This document shows positions 1 through 12,460 of a stretch of DNA of 64,000 nt, in pieces. Made by a program: the position numbers and the translations under genes. Origin of the DNA: Camelus ferus. Taxonomy: Eukaryota. The notes under the pieces were generated by a model. It did no database searches and had not been told where the DNA came from. It saw only the letters and a program-made list of their open reading frames with translations. The DNA lies in contig NC_045696.1 of assembly GCF_009834535.1 (NCBI RefSeq), forward strand, positions 36,892,001-36,956,000, written 5' to 3'. The number at the start of each line of letters is the position of its first letter. The stretch's first letter is position 1.

Positions 1-300
1 ACAACAGCTAAGAATATTTTTCACCAGTCTCAATTGTATCAGGTACCAGATCCTGAATAATCATTACGAAGGGGCTTGGCATGACTCTGAGATATAGGCT
101 GACTGTTGGAGCTAAAAGCTGAATCAGCCACTACTGCTCCATGAGCTGTGTTGGACAGTGGTAGACATCTGAGCAAAACTGAGCATCTATTGTTAGCCAG
201 AAAAGGAGAAGGGGAAATAAATGCTGAACAGTTAACCAAAAATATCCACTATGAGAACGCCACAAATGGAAGTTATTCCAATGAAGATGCTTGTCAGTTG

Positions 301-868
301 TGTTGTGTTAGAGTTGTCTAGAAGACAAAATCAGTTGTAATATACACACTGAAGGGATCTATTATAGGAACTGACTCATGCAATTATGGAGGCTTTGAAG
401 TCCCACAGTCTGACGTCTGCAAGGTGGAGAATCAGGAAAAACGGTGATTTAATTCTGCCCATGTTTGAAGGTCTGAGCATCAGGGCTGCTAATGTGTATG
501 AGCCAGCGCAAGTCTAAAGGCTTGGGAATGAAGGAGGAGGAGGAGTAGGGAGATGGCATAAGTCATGTCCGTGTCCAAAGGCCTGGAAAACAGGAACACA
601 AATGTCCAAGGATGGGAGAAGATGGATGGTCCAGCTCAGACAGAGAACAGACTCACCCCTCCTCTACTTTTTTGTTCTAGTTGGGTGAATTGGATTATGA
701 ATAAATTGGATTATGCCCACTGACTTTAATGAGGACAATCTTTACTCAATTTAAATGCTGATCTCTTCCAGAAACACCCTCACAAACACACACAGAAATA
801 ATGTTTTTCCAGCTGTGTGGGCATCCTTTATCCCAAGTCAAGTTGACATATAAAATTAACTATCAGAA
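301..868. mobile_element. ERVL LTR, MLT2-type (solo, old)
   Basis: Contains 'ggaactgactcatgcaattatggaggc...gaagtcccacagtctg' and ends 'gtcaagttgacatataaaattaactatca', both typical MLT2 motifs. Confidence 0.8.
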
Positions 869-2254
869 CAGTAGAATCTGATTAATGCTGTATTGTTTGA
901 TGTGCCTAATATATATCAATAGCCACAGAAAGGACCTCTGTAACCACATGTTGTAAGTGAATTGTTCAAATCTATTTTGTTAATAATAATATGAACAAGA
1001 GGGAAAGAGAGAAAATCTGAGGTAGTTAGATAATTTAAAAAATGAATTTATGCTAACTAACAAAGGAAATACAACTTATATTTCTTAATTTATTTGAAAA
1101 TTCAAGACAGGCCTTTATTGCCTAAGAATAGCATATATTAACATTGACCAAAATTTAGGGTAATTTGAATAGCAGCACTAAGATAATTTATGCATGTATT
1201 CTAACTTTTAATTTACTTTTAATGAAAAATACTCTCCAAATTATTGAAAATTATGTATTTTTCTTGTGTAATCAAAGAAAGGATCATGATTAAACCCACG
1301 ACTCAGGTTCTGTCCATGTAACATAATACTGAAAAAGTTAACAAAAATCAAATCCATTTTTTGGTGTGATGCCTTGAACTGCCAGTTTCCTAACGTAACT
1401 TTTTTGTTTTTGAAGTAATTATTTCATTTTTGCATTTACACACTCCGTTTTGATAATTAGTAATTTCATCTTTATGAATATTACTGATTTTGCATTATCA
1501 AATATTATGTTATGATAAAAAAGCTTTAAATGACTATGTTGATTTCTTTTCCATAATGGAAGATTAGGCTTACCACCACCTTAGTTTATTGAGGAATAAA
1601 CCTTGTAAAATAGTATTCAGATTCTTGTATTTAAAAGTATTTTAGTGTGTAGAGCATTTGTTTTGGGAAAAGCAGGAAAGGAAAATAACTTTTGTCATAT
1701 AAGTTCCTCAATGATGTCATATTTCTTAGAAACCTACATAGCCAGGCCTAAATGAGTGAATCTCTGCCTCAAGCAAAAAACTTCATTAATGTATTAGTAG
1801 ACAAATAAGAGAATGATAAATCATAAAGCGTCCAGGCTTATCAAAAAAAAATCAGATCAGCAAGTTTTTGTCCTGCTGACTTGAAAACTTCTGAAATCAT
1901 TTTTACAGCTTCCAGATTTTATTACCTATGGCATAGAAATGGTAAGATGACCATTTTAATATACAAATGATCATGATTTATGCATGGAAAGCTAATCAGA
2001 TTTAGTTAGGGTATAATATAGTCATTTCTACTGCTGATTTCAAATACATTTTTATCAGCCTATAGTGATTTATTCACTCATGTACTTCAGGAGTCGAACA
2101 ATAGTTTTTCTTCCCAAATGCTTGGCCTGGAGAGAATCTTACCAGAAGAGGTAATTTTGAACTTTAAAATTTTGATAGAAATAATTAAAATCACATCAAA
2201 ATATTTTCTTGTCATGGATATAAATTATTGATATATTTGACAATTAAGCTATCT

Positions 2255-2866
2255 TGTGGTGGACAAGCCTTAATGTGACCCATAATGAGCAATACCCTTG
2301 TGCAATCTCCTTCCTTTGACTGCAGGCAGATCTGTGACTTGCTTCTAACCCATACGATATTTCAAAGATGAGGGCTGTCACTCTCTTGATTAATTTACAT
2401 TATACATCAAAGGTAATTAGATATGACTCCCATTAATGCATTTTTTTATGTGATACTCCATTTTAGCAGCCTGGGGAGAAAGATTCTCTTGCTAGCCTTG
2501 AAGAAGCTAATAATCATAGTGTGAGTTGCCCATAGAGACAGCTACATGGAAAGGAAGTGTGGTCAGTCTCTAAGAGCTACAGCTGACTGCCAGGACAAAA
2601 CTGTGGACGTCAGTCCTACAACCACAAAGAGGTGACTTCTGCCAATATCCTGAGGGAACTCGGAAGCAGATCATTCCTCTTGAGCCTCTGATGAGACAGT
2701 AACACAGGTACATACCTGAATTCCAGCCTAGTAAAACCCTGAGCAAGGGTTACAGCTAACCCAAGCCTAGATGTCTGACCCACAGACACAGAGATTAAAA
2801 AATCAAGTGTTGTTTCAAGCCACTAAGTTTGTGGTAATTTGTTATGTAATAAAAAAAATGAATACA
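2255..2866 (+). mobile_element. MaLR LTR, MLT1E/F-like
   Basis: Begins tgtggtgg; has 'tgtgacttgcttctaacc', 'agccttgaagaagc' and the MLT1 3' end 'caagccactaagtttgtggtaatttgttatg...aataca'. Confidence 0.75.
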
Positions 2867-3141
2867 TGTCCCTGTTTCTCTACTCTCCTCCTGTTCATTC
2901 CTTTGAATTTTAAATACAGTGAGATTATCTTAAGGAAATTTTATCACATTTGGGGTTGGTGTTTTATTCACTTGTTTTCCATTTTCCTTCAATTAATCTA
3001 GTCAAAGGTTATGCAATATAAAATTGTTGGTAGCTATGCCAATATAAATGTAAGAGAAATGCATATTTTTTCTAAAATTTTATTCCATAATGTTCAAGCT
3101 TAAAAAAGTTCTAATCACTTTGTTTTAATTGAAATCTTAGG

Positions 3142-4672
3142 TTAGGGAGTGAGGTCAGCAACATAGCAAAATAAAAAGTCCCGGTCCTTGTTCTCCCACA
3201 GAGAAAACAACAATATATGGACCAAAATATCTTTATCAGAACTCGAGAAATCAGTTAAGAAATCATAGTACACCAGTGAATGCAGACTCTGAAACAGCTG
3301 AATTGAAATGGATAAGAGCCGTTTCACTTGGTACAATCCACTCCTCCTCCAAACCTGCACAGCTCAGCTGAACTCATGGCTTCTCTCTCAAGGAGGAAAG
3401 GGAAGAGTGTACCATGTGTCAGTGTTCTGGCTTTTTGGAGGGCTACCTGAGGGACTGGTTTCTGTCTCTCCTGACTTGGAGTGCTAAAGGAACCAGCACA
3501 GTTTGGATGCCCGGGAAATACTGACATGAGTGAGAGTGGGAGTGGCTTGCTGCAGGGCTTCAGTGCTACAGACTGAGGTTGGTACAGCTGAGCACAATGG
3601 AGAGAAGGCAGGCAAGTCATGGACTCTCCCTTGGGAAGAAAGGACAAGAAAGAAGTGTGCATCCAACATACCAACTTTTCAGAGAGGCTCCCATGGAACG
3701 TTACCTATCTCACCTAATTCAGAAAGCTGACAGAAATCTACATACTTCATATGCCTAGGGACCACTGAGAACAAAGAAGAAACAGGTGTCTTGCTGCTGT
3801 GGTACCAGAAGAAAAAACAGTACTGCAGACAGGCAGGAGGGGGCAAGAATTTACAGCTCCTGAAAAAGAAAGTGACAAACCCCTCTAATTGGGAAGTCAC
3901 ACACACAAGTCCAGAGATGTTATACTCATCCCCCAAAATTTCAGAGATCCCTAAAACCTCTAGCCAGGTTGATTATTAAAGATCTTCCCCTGAACAGAGC
4001 CAGACCATAAAAATGAGGAGAGGGAGCTGTTTTTAAAATGCATAAAACTAAACCAAAAAAAAATTTTACGAAACAGATGAAGAAATAGAAAACTATGGCC
4101 CAATCAAAGGTACAAATAAATCTCCAGAAATCAATTATATATATAGTCATTCAGCAACTGGCAAGTGTTTACAATAATTGTCTTAAGGAAGCTCAGTGAT
4201 ATATAAGAGGACATAGAGAACTAAGTTAAATCAGGAGAGCAATGCATGAGCAAAATGATAATAGTAATATAATAAGGAAATAGAAACTAAACAAACAAAC
4301 AAAATAACCGAACAGAAATTCTACAGCTAGAGAATGTCAATTGAAAAGTTCACTAGAGGGAAAAAATAAGGAAAAGTGCAAAATGCCTAAGGGAATTTTC
4401 GGACACATCAAGATGACATCATGGGAATTTCAGAAGGAGAAGAGAGAAAGGGACAGAAAACTTACTTGAAGAGATGATGGCCAAACTTTTGCAAATCTAA
4501 GGATGAAAATTGACATCCAAATTCAGGAATTTCAGAAGCCCCAATGAGGATGACCTCAAAGAAGCCCATACCAAGACGGATTATAATCAAACTATCAAAT
4601 GTCAAAAGTCAAAGAGAGAATCTTGAGAGCAGCAAGAGAAAAGTGACTTGTCATGTCCATAGGAGCTCCATT
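3142..4672 (+). mobile_element. Old L1 (L1M-type): 5' UTR and decayed ORF1, N-terminal part
   Basis: More GC-rich 5' UTR, then A-rich ORF1 relic ('ggaatttcagaaggagaagagaga', 'ccaagacggattataatcaaactatc', 'aatcttgagagcagcaagagaaaag'); many stops and frameshifts. Confidence 0.8.
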
Positions 4673-4689
4673 ATTATTATTACTACTAT

Positions 4690-6062
4690 TATTTTTTTTT
4701 ATTGAAGTATAGTCAGTTTATAATGTTGTGTCAATTTCTGGTGTACAGCATAATACTTCATTCATACATGAATGTACAGATATTCTCATTTTTACATTCT
4801 TTTTCATTATAGGTTATTATGAGATATTGAATATAGTTCCCTGTGCTGTGCAGGAGAAACCTGTTGTTTATCTATTATATATATATTAGTTAGTATCTGC
4901 AAATCTCAAACTCCAATTTATCCCTTCCCACCACTTTCCCCTGGTAACTATAAGTTTGTTTCCTATGTCTGAGAGTCTGTTTCGGTTCTGTAAATAAGTT
5001 AATATGCCTTCTTTTTAGATTCCACATTTAAATGATATCATATGATATTTTTCTTTCTTTTTCTGGCTTACTTCACTTAGAATGACAATCTCCAAGTCCA
5101 TCCATGTTTCTCCAAATGGCATTTTATTATTTTTCATGGCTGAGTAGTATTCCATTGCATAAATATACCACAACTTCTAGTCATCTGTCAATGGACATTT
5201 AGGTTGCTTCCATGTCTTGGCTTTCATATAGGTTGTAAGTAGTGCTGCAGTGAACATTGGGGTGCGTGTATCTTTTTGAATTAGAGTTCCTTATGGATGA
5301 ATTTGCCCAGGAGTGGGATTGCTGGATCATATGGTAAGTCTATTTTTAGTCTTTTGAGGAATCTCCATACTGTTTTCCATAATGGCTGCACCAAATTGCA
5401 TTCCCACCAATAGTGCAGGAGGGTTCCCTTTTCTCTACAACCTCTCCAGCATTAATTGTTTGTGGATTTTTGTATGATGGCCATTCTGACTGGTGTGAGG
5501 TGATACCTCATTGTAGTTTTGATTTGAATTTCTCTGATAATTAGCAATATTGAGCATTTTTTCAAGTGCTTATTCACCATTTGTATGTCTTCATTGGAGA
5601 ATTGCTTGTTTAGGTCTTCTGCCCATTTTTGGATTGGGTTTTTTTTTTTATTATTAAGTTGTATGAGCTATTTATATATTCTGGAATTAAGCCCTTGTCA
5701 GTCTCATCTTTTGCAAATATTTCCTCCCATTCCATATGTTGTTTTTTGTTTTGCTTATGGTTTCCTTTGCTGTGCAAAAGCTTATTAGTTTAATTAGGTC
5801 CCGTTTGTTTATTTTTGCTTTTATTTCTATTGCTTGGGTATACTGCCCTAGGAGAACATTGCTGAGATTTATGTCAGAGAATGTTTTGCCTATGTTTTCT
5901 TCTAGAATTTTTATTGTGTCTTGTTTTATGTTTAAGTCTTTAAGCCATTTTGAGTTTATTTTTGTGTATAGTGTGAGGGGGTACACTAACTTCATTGATT
6001 TACATGCTGCTGTCTAGTTTTCCCAACACCATTTGCTGAAGACTCTCTTTACTCCATTGTAT
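4690..6062 (-). mobile_element. Younger lineage-specific L1, 5'-truncated (ORF2 3' part, 3' UTR, polyA)
   Basis: T-tract at ~4690; ORF 5687-5995 reads as L1 ORF2 ([26 protein letters not shown]); strongly similar to the copies at 41.1-41.8 kb and 53.0-54.0 kb. Confidence 0.93.
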
Positions 6063-6960
6063 GGAGAACTCCTAAAACTTAACAACAAAAAACTCGATTC
6101 AAAAACAGGCAAAGGACTTGAATAGACATTTCTTCAAAGAAAATATATAAATATCCAATAAGCACATAAATACATGCTCAATATCACTCACTATTAGTGA
6201 AATGAAAATCAAAACTACTATGATATACCACTTCACACTCATTAGAATGGCTACTATTAAACAAGGAGAAAATAAAAAAGTTTGGTGAGAATGTGGAGAA
6301 ATTGGAATCTTTGTGCAATGTTGGCAGCAAATATAAAATGGTACAGCTACTGTGGAAACAATATAATGATTCCTCAAAAAATTAATAAAAAGGAGTTTCC
6401 ACATAATCCAGCAATTCTACTTCTGGGAATATACTCAAAATAATTCAAAGACTGGTCTAGAAAAAGTATTTGTACACTCATGTTCATAGTAGCATTATTC
6501 ATAGTACTTAAAGAGTAAAAGAAATCTAAGTGTCAAAGACAGATGAATAGATAAGCAAAATGTGATATATACATACTATGGAATATTACTGAGCCTTAAA
6601 AAGGAAAGCAATTCTGACATATGCTACAACATGAACCCTAAGAATACTATACTAAGTGAAATAAGCACATTGCCAAACACCAAATAGCCACAATTCCACT
6701 TATATAAGGTACTTAGAGTAGTGAAAATCATAGAGACAGAAAGTAGAATGGTGGTTACCAGGGGCTGGAGGAAAGAGGGAATGAATAGTTTTTGTTTAAT
6801 GAACATAGAGTTTCCACTTTGCAAGAGGAAAAGAATTCTGGAGATGGTTACACAACAATATTAATTACTTAATGCCACTGAACTGTACACTTAAAACTGG
6901 TAAAGATAATACTTTTAATGTTTTATGCATATTACTACAATTAAAAGTAGAAAAAATTAA
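6063..6960 (+). mobile_element. Old L1MA/MB-type 3' end (ORF2 C-terminus and 3' UTR)
   Basis: 'aaggacttgaatagacatttcttcaaaga', 'ccagcaattctacttctggg', 'agagacagaaagtagaatggtggttaccaggggctgg', 'gccactgaactgtacacttaaaa', then an A-rich tail. Confidence 0.88.
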
Positions 6961-7420
6961 AGAGAACTAAAGACTTTCTCAGATAAACAAAAGCTGAGAG
7001 AGTTCATCACCATCTGGCTTACCTTATAAAATACGCTAATGGAAGTCCTGAAAGTTGAAATGGAGGGATGGTAGATATTGAAAGCATGTGAAAGTAAAGG
7101 TTAATATATAGACAAATAACAGAATATCATAATATGTTAAAAAACAAGAAAAGTCTCAAATCAACCTAACTTTACATCTGAAGGAAACTGAAGAAGAAAA
7201 AACTAAGCCCAGAGTTAGCAAAAGGAAGGAAATAATAGAGATTAGAACAGAAATAAAGGAAATAGAGACTACAAAAACAATAGGGAAAAAACTCATGAAA
7301 CTAAGAGTTGGTTTTTATAAAAGATCAACAATATTGTCATTTCTTAACTAGACAACTAAGGGGAAAAAAAAAGACTCAAATAACTAAACTCAGAAATGAA
7401 AGGGGAAACATTACAATTTG
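6961..7420 (+). mobile_element. Old L1 continuation: ORF1 C-terminus and an ORF2 fragment
   Basis: 'gaactaaagactttctcagataaacaaaagctgagagagttc' translates to ELKTFSDKQKLREF; then ORF2-like 'aaaggaaggaaataatagagattagaacagaaataaagg'. Confidence 0.8.
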
Positions 7421-7559
7421 TCACTTTTTCCCCATATAATTTCCTGATCATTTATTTATTTTTTTAGTAACTATATGGTGTTTGTTTCAGAACCTTTATT
7501 TCCATTCTTTTTTGTGATTTTAATCCATGTCTAATTGCATAGTTCAAGGGGCCTACTGG

Positions 7560-7990
7560 GAATACAATAGGTCCCCTTCTGATGTTATCATCTCTCCTTC
7601 AAATCAGAACCCATTTCTGAATTTTCATATCCTAGTGCAAGATAAAATATTGACATAATGTTGACTTTGTCTTTTCTTAACCCTTACACATAATCTCTCA
7701 CTAGGTATCATTTATGCTGTTTTCTACATACATGTCTTTCATGTCTACTTTCAGGCTACTGTTATCAGACAATTATCATATCTCTCCTGAGTTAAAGAAA
7801 CCTCCACCCTTTTCTTTTTGATCCATAAACTCATTCTCTATGTTGTAGCCAGGATGATTTTTCTTGAGAGAAAATGTGCTCGCTTATCTCACCTGCTTAA
7901 CACTTCGGTGGTTTCCTATTGCTTTTAAGATGAGGTCCACTCTGACACGGCTTATGAGAGAGCCCCTTCAGCAGTATCTTCTCTCAACCC
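7560..7990. mobile_element. L2 fragment (ancient)
   Basis: Pyrimidine-rich L2-like motifs 'cacctgcttaacacttcggtggtttcctattgcttttaagatgaggtcca...acggcttatgag'. Confidence 0.55.
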
Positions 7991-10779
7991 CTCCTGACAT
8001 GCTTTACTTCTTCTAGCCAACTCCTTTCTATGATCCAACCAATACAATTGTATATATTACTGATTTTATCTTCTGTTGCCTCTCAGCAATGGTTATGCCA
8101 GTCATGACCTGCATCATCCCAACTCTGCTTATTCTTTCTTATTAGTCCCAAAAATTAGCAGAAATTTTAGAAGATAATAGAAATTAACTAAATAATTAAG
8201 TTTGGATAAATAAAATATATATTTAAAACATGATTATTTTAGGAAGTTTGTACAATTTTGTGAAAAAAGTTTTTGTAAATTTGAAGCATTATCAATAACA
8301 TAAAATTATCAAAAACTTAGTGAAAATTTTAGAACCTATTCATACAAAATCTGATCCCCTTTATTAAGAGTTTCTCTAAGTCATATCAGAATATAGGTGT
8401 CACAGTTAAATAAAATATATGACATAGTTTATGAAAAGTATTATTTACAAAATCTATAAGTCTGTCTTATTTGCTTCCTTTTCCTTTTCTATATATGTGC
8501 TTCTCTGAAGTAGTTTATAACTTGCTGACAGGATGAACAGTCTTTTAGAGGACTTTTATCACAAAGTACACAGGTTTTCACATGGGTGATAGCAGGCAGT
8601 TTCTTGAGGACTGTTCTTATTTGGGGGTAAGGAGAAGAGAAATGATCTTTGTTTCTTGAGTAAATACGAATATATTTTTATAATAATAAAAATTATATGA
8701 TAAATATATAATGATTATGTTATAATTTTCTATATTATCTAATTTTAAACAAAAATTTTGGAATAAACAAAATCATAAAATCTAAATGTCACCATGAAAA
8801 TTGGTTAGATGCTTCAGCTTGTAAGTATTATTTCAGACTTAACTTTCACAAGCTAGTGAAATGGTTATTATATTTTTTATTTCTTTCTATTCAGTAAAAA
8901 TGAGTATTACATAATCTAGTATAGACTGTTTTGGGAAACATTTCAATGTTAGTTATGTCCAATGTTGATTATAAGTCCAAAAATAAATGCACTATTATTG
9001 TATCAAATAAAAAAGTTAGCATAAAAAATTCCCCCCAGATGCACAAAGATATAGACCAGTGAGAATGTTGAACAAAGCAGCCAGTGATTTTAGAAGAATG
9101 TGATGGCAAGCTGGGTCATTTAGATAAGCATTCTCTTGCCTTCTCCTGTTTTATTTTTTAGAAACAAAGGTGATTTCTTCATTTTGTTTGAATCAACCAT
9201 GTAAGTGTTGGGATCCTTCCATCTCATTTAGCTTTCCTATTGACCCCTATTGACAAACTATCATATGTTGTTTCAGTTGATGCAGACATAATATGCAGGC
9301 TGCCCTTCCCAAAATACTGCTGTTACTTGGAACAATGGTTATCAGCAGGGAATCAGCTCAGGCTGCCTGCCTCACAAGTTAATGCCAATTGACCTTGATT
9401 TTTGTTATCTAAAACTGAATTTTTTCATACATTGGAAAATATGTAGGAGAGCATCCAAACTACTCATTTTTATAAATATGATACTATATCCTCCACATTA
9501 TATTATAAATTGGTTTCTCAGTGTATCCAGTGAAGGACAGGCTTACATGTCAAGTAAATATTTTTTGTACCTAGATGCCTTCATACTAAGTTAAATAAGA
9601 TTCAGAAAGCTTATGTAATTATGTCTGAATTGTAATATCAAAAACATTGTTTTCATTTTAGAAACTTTCTGGAAAGGATATAACACTTCAAGCTTTACTG
9701 GAAAAAAAAAATCTGAAGAAAATATTCCACTTCCAGTGAATTTTTTTCCTAAAATAAAATGATTTGGTTTTCATTTTTCTATTGTTTGGTAGTTCCACTT
9801 TTGGTAGATAGAAAGTTCATAGCACTTACATTACCCATAAATATACTATTTCAAGTGCAAGTAAAATGAATTTTATGTTGTCAGTTGTTTGTTCACATTT
9901 CACAACTGTGATTTCTCTCCAAAGAGAGATGGAGCTGTCGCTGGAGCTAGAGATTTTCAAACCTGGCATAAGTTAAACTGCCAGTGACCACGAAGTTTAT
10001 AGAACTTCTGTCTATTATGTTGACAGATCTTCTCTAGCACAACCAGCATGCCTCTGGAGGGCAGTCTAAAATTTACAGTCCTGTTATTAAGTAGAATATG
10101 AAGGTGCTCCTATCTGCCTTTCCTTTCTACCTCTAGTCATATATAACTTCATCATTATTTCTTTGCTCAGCCATCCCTAATACTGAGAACATTAACAGGA
10201 CAAGAAAGGATTTGGCAGCAGAGCAGTTTAATGATGCAAAATATTTAACTGATCAAAGCAAATTAATTTTTTAAAAGAAATTTCAAATATTTTACAGGTA
10301 AGCTAAAATCAAGCTCTCTGCTGGTGATCCTAGGTTTTCAAGTAGAAAAGAACAAAACAAAATATGCCTTCAAAGTAAAGAAACGAGCTGTCATTGATCA
10401 GCTAGATGAACACGGGCCTTTTCTTTTCAATCAAACATGTAATAGTATTTTCCCATCATGTTAGTGACAAAGGATAATATTTAAAAATAAATTATTGTTT
10501 CGTATCTTAAAAAAATGTATTTTTCTCTTACAGTTACTGCACTACCTTGAAAAGTAAGACAAAAAATTGTTTTTTCCTTCACAAAATAAATAGTTATATG
10601 AAGGCATTCTGGCTTTTTCTGTTGTCATATTTCTTGGAAAAAAATTCTTTTGTCATCAATTAGAAATAGATATTATTTGCATCCTTTGCTTATACACATC
10701 ACACAATCACACAAGACTATAAGCAATGGGCCACATTGGGGAGCCCTAAATACTCATGAGAGATGAGTACTGATTTACA

Positions 10780-10995
10780 CAGTTGACCCTTAAAAAACAT
10801 GGGTTTGACGCACACAGGTCCTCTTATACACAAATTTCTCACTACATGCGTACTACAATACTACACTATCAGCAGTTGGTTGAATCCTAGGTTGTGGAAC
10901 CACAGGTGTAGAGGCTGACTGTGAGGTTATATGTGAATATTTGACTGTGTGGAGAGTCAGTACTTCTAACCCCTGTATTGTTCAAAGGTCAACTA
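10780..10995. mobile_element. Tigger2-derived MITE (MER8-like)
   Basis: Terminal inverted repeats cagttgaccctt ... aaaggtcaacta; internal 'ggttggttgaatcc'-like segment; ~215 bp. Confidence 0.8.
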
Positions 10996-11333
10996 CAGTC
11001 TGATTCTGTTAGGAATGTGTGGCTTAAGCCAGTGGGCTGGCTTCTTTTATCTCATCACTCTCATTTATAAACTAATAGGGTTGATGTTTCTAACTGATTT
11101 AATCCTTAGCTATTATAAGAAAAGAGAAAAATAAAAGTGTACACATAATGAAAGTGGATGCATTAAAAATACAAGATGAGGTACAAATGCAGCTATGCTC
11201 ATTTAAAAATAATTATTGATGACTCATGAATCAAATCCTATTTTCAGAAAATATAGGTAAGAAAATATTGTAAGAACCTGGTGCTCTAGCTTAATAGATC
11301 CTAAGTTTTAATTTTTCTGCCAAATCAGTCACC

Positions 11334-11818
11334 CAACCAAGATGGCTTTAACATTACCCTCAGTCTGACTAAATTATAGACAGGCTTTTTTCTAACTCTT
11401 AGCCCCTGACCACCAAAAGAGTGTTTACTTTAAAAAACTTGCAAATTCTTTCTCTATTCCTTTGAGATGTAAAATGTTTAAAACACTTACCGGTTTTATA
11501 ATCCAGGAATGTGTTTCTCAAGGACCTGAGAGCTATCTCTTTGAAATACAGTAATCAAGCAAGGTAACACTACTGTATCTTGCTCCAAATTGTAAAACTA
11601 TCCTCTGTCAGGAAGACCAGAGAATGTATACTAATGTTACCAACTAAAAGCACAGATGGCTTCTGATCTCCCTGCTCCAGCTCTTGAAACAATCTAGCCT
11701 TTGTTTCAGTGGAGTTGAGCTCAGACTAAGTTCTGGCCTCCATGCCCTACTGCAGTAGCCTTGAATAAAGCCTTCCTTGCCTCTTTGACTTATTCCAGTG
11801 CAATGTTTGCTTTGATTC
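11334..11818 (+). mobile_element. ERV1 solo LTR, MER31/MER67-like
   Basis: 'accaagatggctttaacattaccctcagtctgactaaattatagacagg', 'cctttgagatgtaaa', AATAAA at ~11764. Confidence 0.7.
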
Positions 11819-12299
11819 ACACCTGCAATTCTTTATCAGTGAGTGTCTCATATCTAAGTTAATGTGGTCTTCTGCATAGGTCTATATGGCTGACTCTAAC
11901 AGTGAAAATAAGGAGAAAATAACTAAAATTCATTCATTGCCCACTTTGATGAAGGTTAAAATTCAGACTGGTGATTTTAGTGTCTGGAAATTTTGAACTG
12001 TGCCAATGTATATGTATCTATGACACTAGTTAGAAGTTTTGTGGGTTTTTTCCTTAAAATATTAAATATTAAAATGTTATTATAAAAAGGATTATTTTTT
12101 AAAAAGCTCAATAGACTTTTTTTTTCCAGTCTTATATTAAACTTTAGGCTTATGGTTCACAGCAAGTATGAATTATGAATGATTTCATTAATTAAGGCTT
12201 TTGTTAAATGTGATTAGTTGTCATCAATATCTCCTCAGATTTTTTTTTTAGCGTTTTAGTAAAGATAATATTCTTAAATTCCACTTGCATGTTAAATAC

Positions 12300-12460
12300 G
12301 AAAAAGTACTAATGATCAACAATCGTGGCCCTTGTTTTGCAGAGAAGGAAACTGAAACCTAGAAAGACTAGATGACTCTTCCAAGGTTTCACGTTTACTT
12401 ACATGCAGAGCTGGGCCTAGTGCTAGGGTTTGTTTGTTTGTTTGTTTTCCCAATTTCTAG
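12300..12460. mobile_element. MIR SINE fragment
   Basis: MIR core 'ttttgcagagaaggaaactgaaacctagaaag...ccaaggtttcac...gcagagctggg'. Confidence 0.7.

Noticed and set aside
4690..6960. Head-to-head L1 pieces as a twin-priming inversion
   Set aside because: Both pieces cover the same ORF2 C-terminal region, have different 3' UTRs and ages, and each has its own tail, so they are separate insertions
10171..10297. Possible exon ctcag|...TTACAG|gtaagc
   Set aside because: Stops in all three frames and a weak acceptor; indistinguishable from chance
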